A DNA stretch of 64,000 nt, from assembly GCA_965223415.1 (NCBI GenBank), contig OZ245002.1:1920001-1984000 (forward strand), given 5' to 3'. Within the stretch, counting starts at the first letter, position 1, and the number at the start of each line of letters is the position of its first letter. Below the pieces are notes generated by a model. It saw only the letters and a list, made by a program, of their open reading frames with translations, did not search any database and was not told where the DNA came from. The stretch is from Myxococcota bacterium. GTDB taxonomy: Bacteria > Myxococcota_A > UBA9160 > UBA6930. Below, piece after piece: positions 60,674 to 64,000 of the stretch. The translations under genes were made by a program, and so were the position numbers.

Positions 60674-61991
60674 AGGAGCCGGCTTTGCGTTCGCGGCGGC
60701 CGCACCAGGGGCAGTGACGCCAGTGGGCCTTGGAGACGGGCCCGCGGCAGCGGGGACAGCGGTCGGACAGGTCCGGGTGCGACCAGGGGCGCTTGGGCTT
60801 CTGCTTGCAGAGGGGGCAGTAGCGCATGAAGGGGCGCAGCTCGCCCTCGCAGCCGCGACGAGGACAGCGGCGCTCGGCGGCGGGGTCGGGGCGGGGCTTG
60901 CGGCCGTTGCCTTCGAGGCGGCCGGCGTAGCACCAGGGGCAGGCGGTCCACTCGGCCCGCACCCCGCGCTCGCACTCGGGGCACACCAGCGGGTAGCTCG
61001 TGATCTCCCGAAAGGAGTTGTCCTGGCTCCCGCACCAGGGACACACCGCCATGGTCTCGGCGATCGGGCCGTCGCAGCGGTGGCAGCGATAGCGCATGCC
61101 GAGGGCCGCACCGTGACGCCGTCGGAAGTGCTCGGCCTCCACGGCCAGGGGCGAGCGGGTCGGCGCGGGCTTGGGGCGGCGCTTTCGCGGCTTGGGCGCG
61201 GCGGCCTTTTCCGCGCGGCGGAACGCCGCCTCGAGGGCGCGGTGAAAGGCGGCCCCGTCCGGGTAGCGTCGGTCCGGATCGAACTCGGCCGCCTTGCGCA
61301 GCACCGCCTGCACCGGCGCCGGCACCTTGCGGACGAAGGTCCGGTGGCCCGGCGGAGGCCACTCGAAGGGCCAGGTGAGCAAGTGACCCGTCAGGATCTC
61401 GTAGGCGATCAGCCCGACCGAGAAGACGTCCGAGCTGAAGCGGGGACGTCCGTAGGCCTGCTCGGGCGCCATGTAGCCCAGGGTTCCCGCCTCGGTGTAG
61501 GTGGCGCTCGCGCCCTTGTGAAGGCGCCAGGTCCCGAAATCGCCCAGGGCGGCGCGGCGATCCTTGAAGATCATCACGTTCTCGGGCTTCACGTCCCGGT
61601 GGAGGATCCGGCGCGCGTGGGCGTGGGCGAGGCCCGCGGCGACGTCGCGGATGATCGAGAGGGCCACCGCCGCGGAGCGTCGGGCGCCGACGTAGTCCGC
61701 GAGGCTCCGCTCGGCCAGCTCGGTGGCGATCAGGAACCAGCCGTCGATCCAGTCCGCATTCAGGACACGCAGCACGTTGGGGTGATCCAGGCGGCTGGCC
61801 ACCCGCGCCTCGTGCTCGATGGCGGCCCGCCCGTGATCCTCGACCTGGCGGGGATCGGCGATCTTGAGCGCGACGAAGCGCCCCTCGACGGTGTCCCGCG
61901 CCTTCCACACCGCGCCGAAGGAGCCCTTGCCGACGAGGCGCTCCAGCCGGTATTTCCCGAGCCTGGATCCCCTGCGAAGCGCGCGCGCCAT
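60663..61991 (-). CDS. Cytoplasmic Ser/Thr protein kinase with C-terminal zinc ribbons
   Basis: GKGSFG, VALK, HRDVKPEN, DFG, YMAPE; eight Cys pairs in the C-terminus. Confidence 0.93.
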   Translation of the reverse strand: MARALRRGSRLGKYRLERLVGKGSFGAVWKARDTVEGRFVALKIADPRQVEDHGRAAIEHEARVASRLDHPNVLRVLNADWIDGWFLIATELAERSLADYVGARRSAAVALSIIRDVAAGLAHAHARRILHRDVKPENVMIFKDRRAALGDFGTWRLHKGASATYTEAGTLGYMAPEQAYGRPRFSSDVFSVGLIAYEILTGHLLTWPFEWPPPGHRTFVRKVPAPVQAVLRKAAEFDPDRRYPDGAAFHRALEAAFRRAEKAAAPKPRKRRPKPAPTRSPLAVEAEHFRRRHGAALGMRYRCHRCDGPIAETMAVCPWCGSQDNSFREITSYPLVCPECERGVRAEWTACPWCYAGRLEGNGRKPRPDPAAERRCPRRGCEGELRPFMRYCPLCKQKPKRPWSHPDLSDRCPRCRGPVSKAHWRHCPWCGRRERKAGSFTA

Positions 61992-62037
61992 CGCGCGAAT
62001 CCTAACGTGCGCGCGGCGGGGATCGAGCCCCGCGTGC

Positions 62038-62601
62038 CTACCTCTTCGTCTTGAGCTCGGTGGCCTTGCGGGCGACGCGCACGGCCTCGAACGTCGTGCG
62101 CCGGTCGCCGCCGGGCCCGAACACCTGGGTGTCCGACCTCACCTCGAACCGGAGCCTGCCCTCTCCGACGACCTTGCCGGCCGTCGTGGCATGGAAGGGG
62201 GGGTAGGCCTTGCGGGGCATCATCGGTGCGCTGACGTCCATGCCGGGCACCTGGCCCTGGATGGTCTGCACCTCCGCCACCCCCGCGATCCGATCGCCCT
62301 TGAGGACCGCGTCTCCGTGGGAGATGAAAGAGAGGCTCGCGGGCCCGGTGTTGCCCTCGACGCGCTTCACGTCCGCCTCGACGAAGGTGGAGAGGCTCGG
62401 CCCGTCCTGGCGTACCACGAGCTTTCCGGTCATGACGAAGCGGTTCCCGGTCTCACCGACGAGGGTCTGGCCATCGATCTCGTAGATTCCGGCCACATCG
62501 TGCACGGGTTCGTCCTGGGCGGCTCCCGCGACGGCGGTGAGGAGGAGGACCAGACCGCCCGCGGCCGCGAGCGCTCGAACCATTCGAGGGGAGCAGCGCA
62601 T
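62038..62601 (-). CDS. Secreted hypothetical protein
   Basis: GGAGG RBS; signal peptide; beta-rich body. Confidence 0.72.
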   Translation of the reverse strand: MRCSPRMVRALAAAGGLVLLLTAVAGAAQDEPVHDVAGIYEIDGQTLVGETGNRFVMTGKLVVRQDGPSLSTFVEADVKRVEGNTGPASLSFISHGDAVLKGDRIAGVAEVQTIQGQVPGMDVSAPMMPRKAYPPFHATTAGKVVGEGRLRFEVRSDTQVFGPGGDRRTTFEAVRVARKATELKTKR

Positions 62602-62677
62602 GGGATGTACCTCCAGGGGACATCCTGCGCCGGTCGCTCTCCCGGGGCAAGTCCCTCGTTCCAAGGGCCCCGAAGGG

Positions 62678-62711
62678 AAAGGGCCCCGCCGGCCGTAGCC
62701 GACGGGGCCCT
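62678..62711 (-). terminator. Probable intrinsic terminator after glnA
   Basis: RNA AGGGCCCCGUCGGC-UACG-GCCGGCGGGGCCCU: UNCG loop and a short U run. Confidence 0.65.
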
Positions 62712-62732
62712 CGCGTACACGGCTGCCCCGAC

Positions 62733-63998
<1,266 letters not shown>

Positions 63999-64000
63999 GA

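Overview
High-GC bacterial chromosome segment whose gene content (sigma-54 regulators, Hanks kinase/PP2C pair, DUF4124 proteins, argH-dapF-dapA-dapB order) suggests a deltaproteobacterial/Myxococcota-like organism; this is an inference. It is mostly core genome: rne-rplU-rpmA-obgE-proBA-nadD-rsfS-comF, a trxB/grxC/gshA redox cluster, a double-domain ThyX, tatA/tatC, a biotin-dependent carboxylase/malic enzyme/acyl-CoA dehydrogenase cluster, lspA, PBP1B, argH-lptM-dapFAB and glnA. Two 1270-bp IS5-family copies in inverted orientation sit in CTAG sites. The most unusual signal is non-coding, at 12541-13044: two inverted copies of a ~120-nt multi-stem core, each closed by its own perfect 30-bp or 25-bp stem of unrelated sequence. 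This is a candidate structured ncRNA/ssDNA element with a retron msr-msd-like layout but no RT in the window. Also notable: a REP-like palindrome present twice with a compensatory change, apparent CTG starts for nadD and accC, and several domain-shuffled signalling proteins. All calls are by eye; no searches were run.
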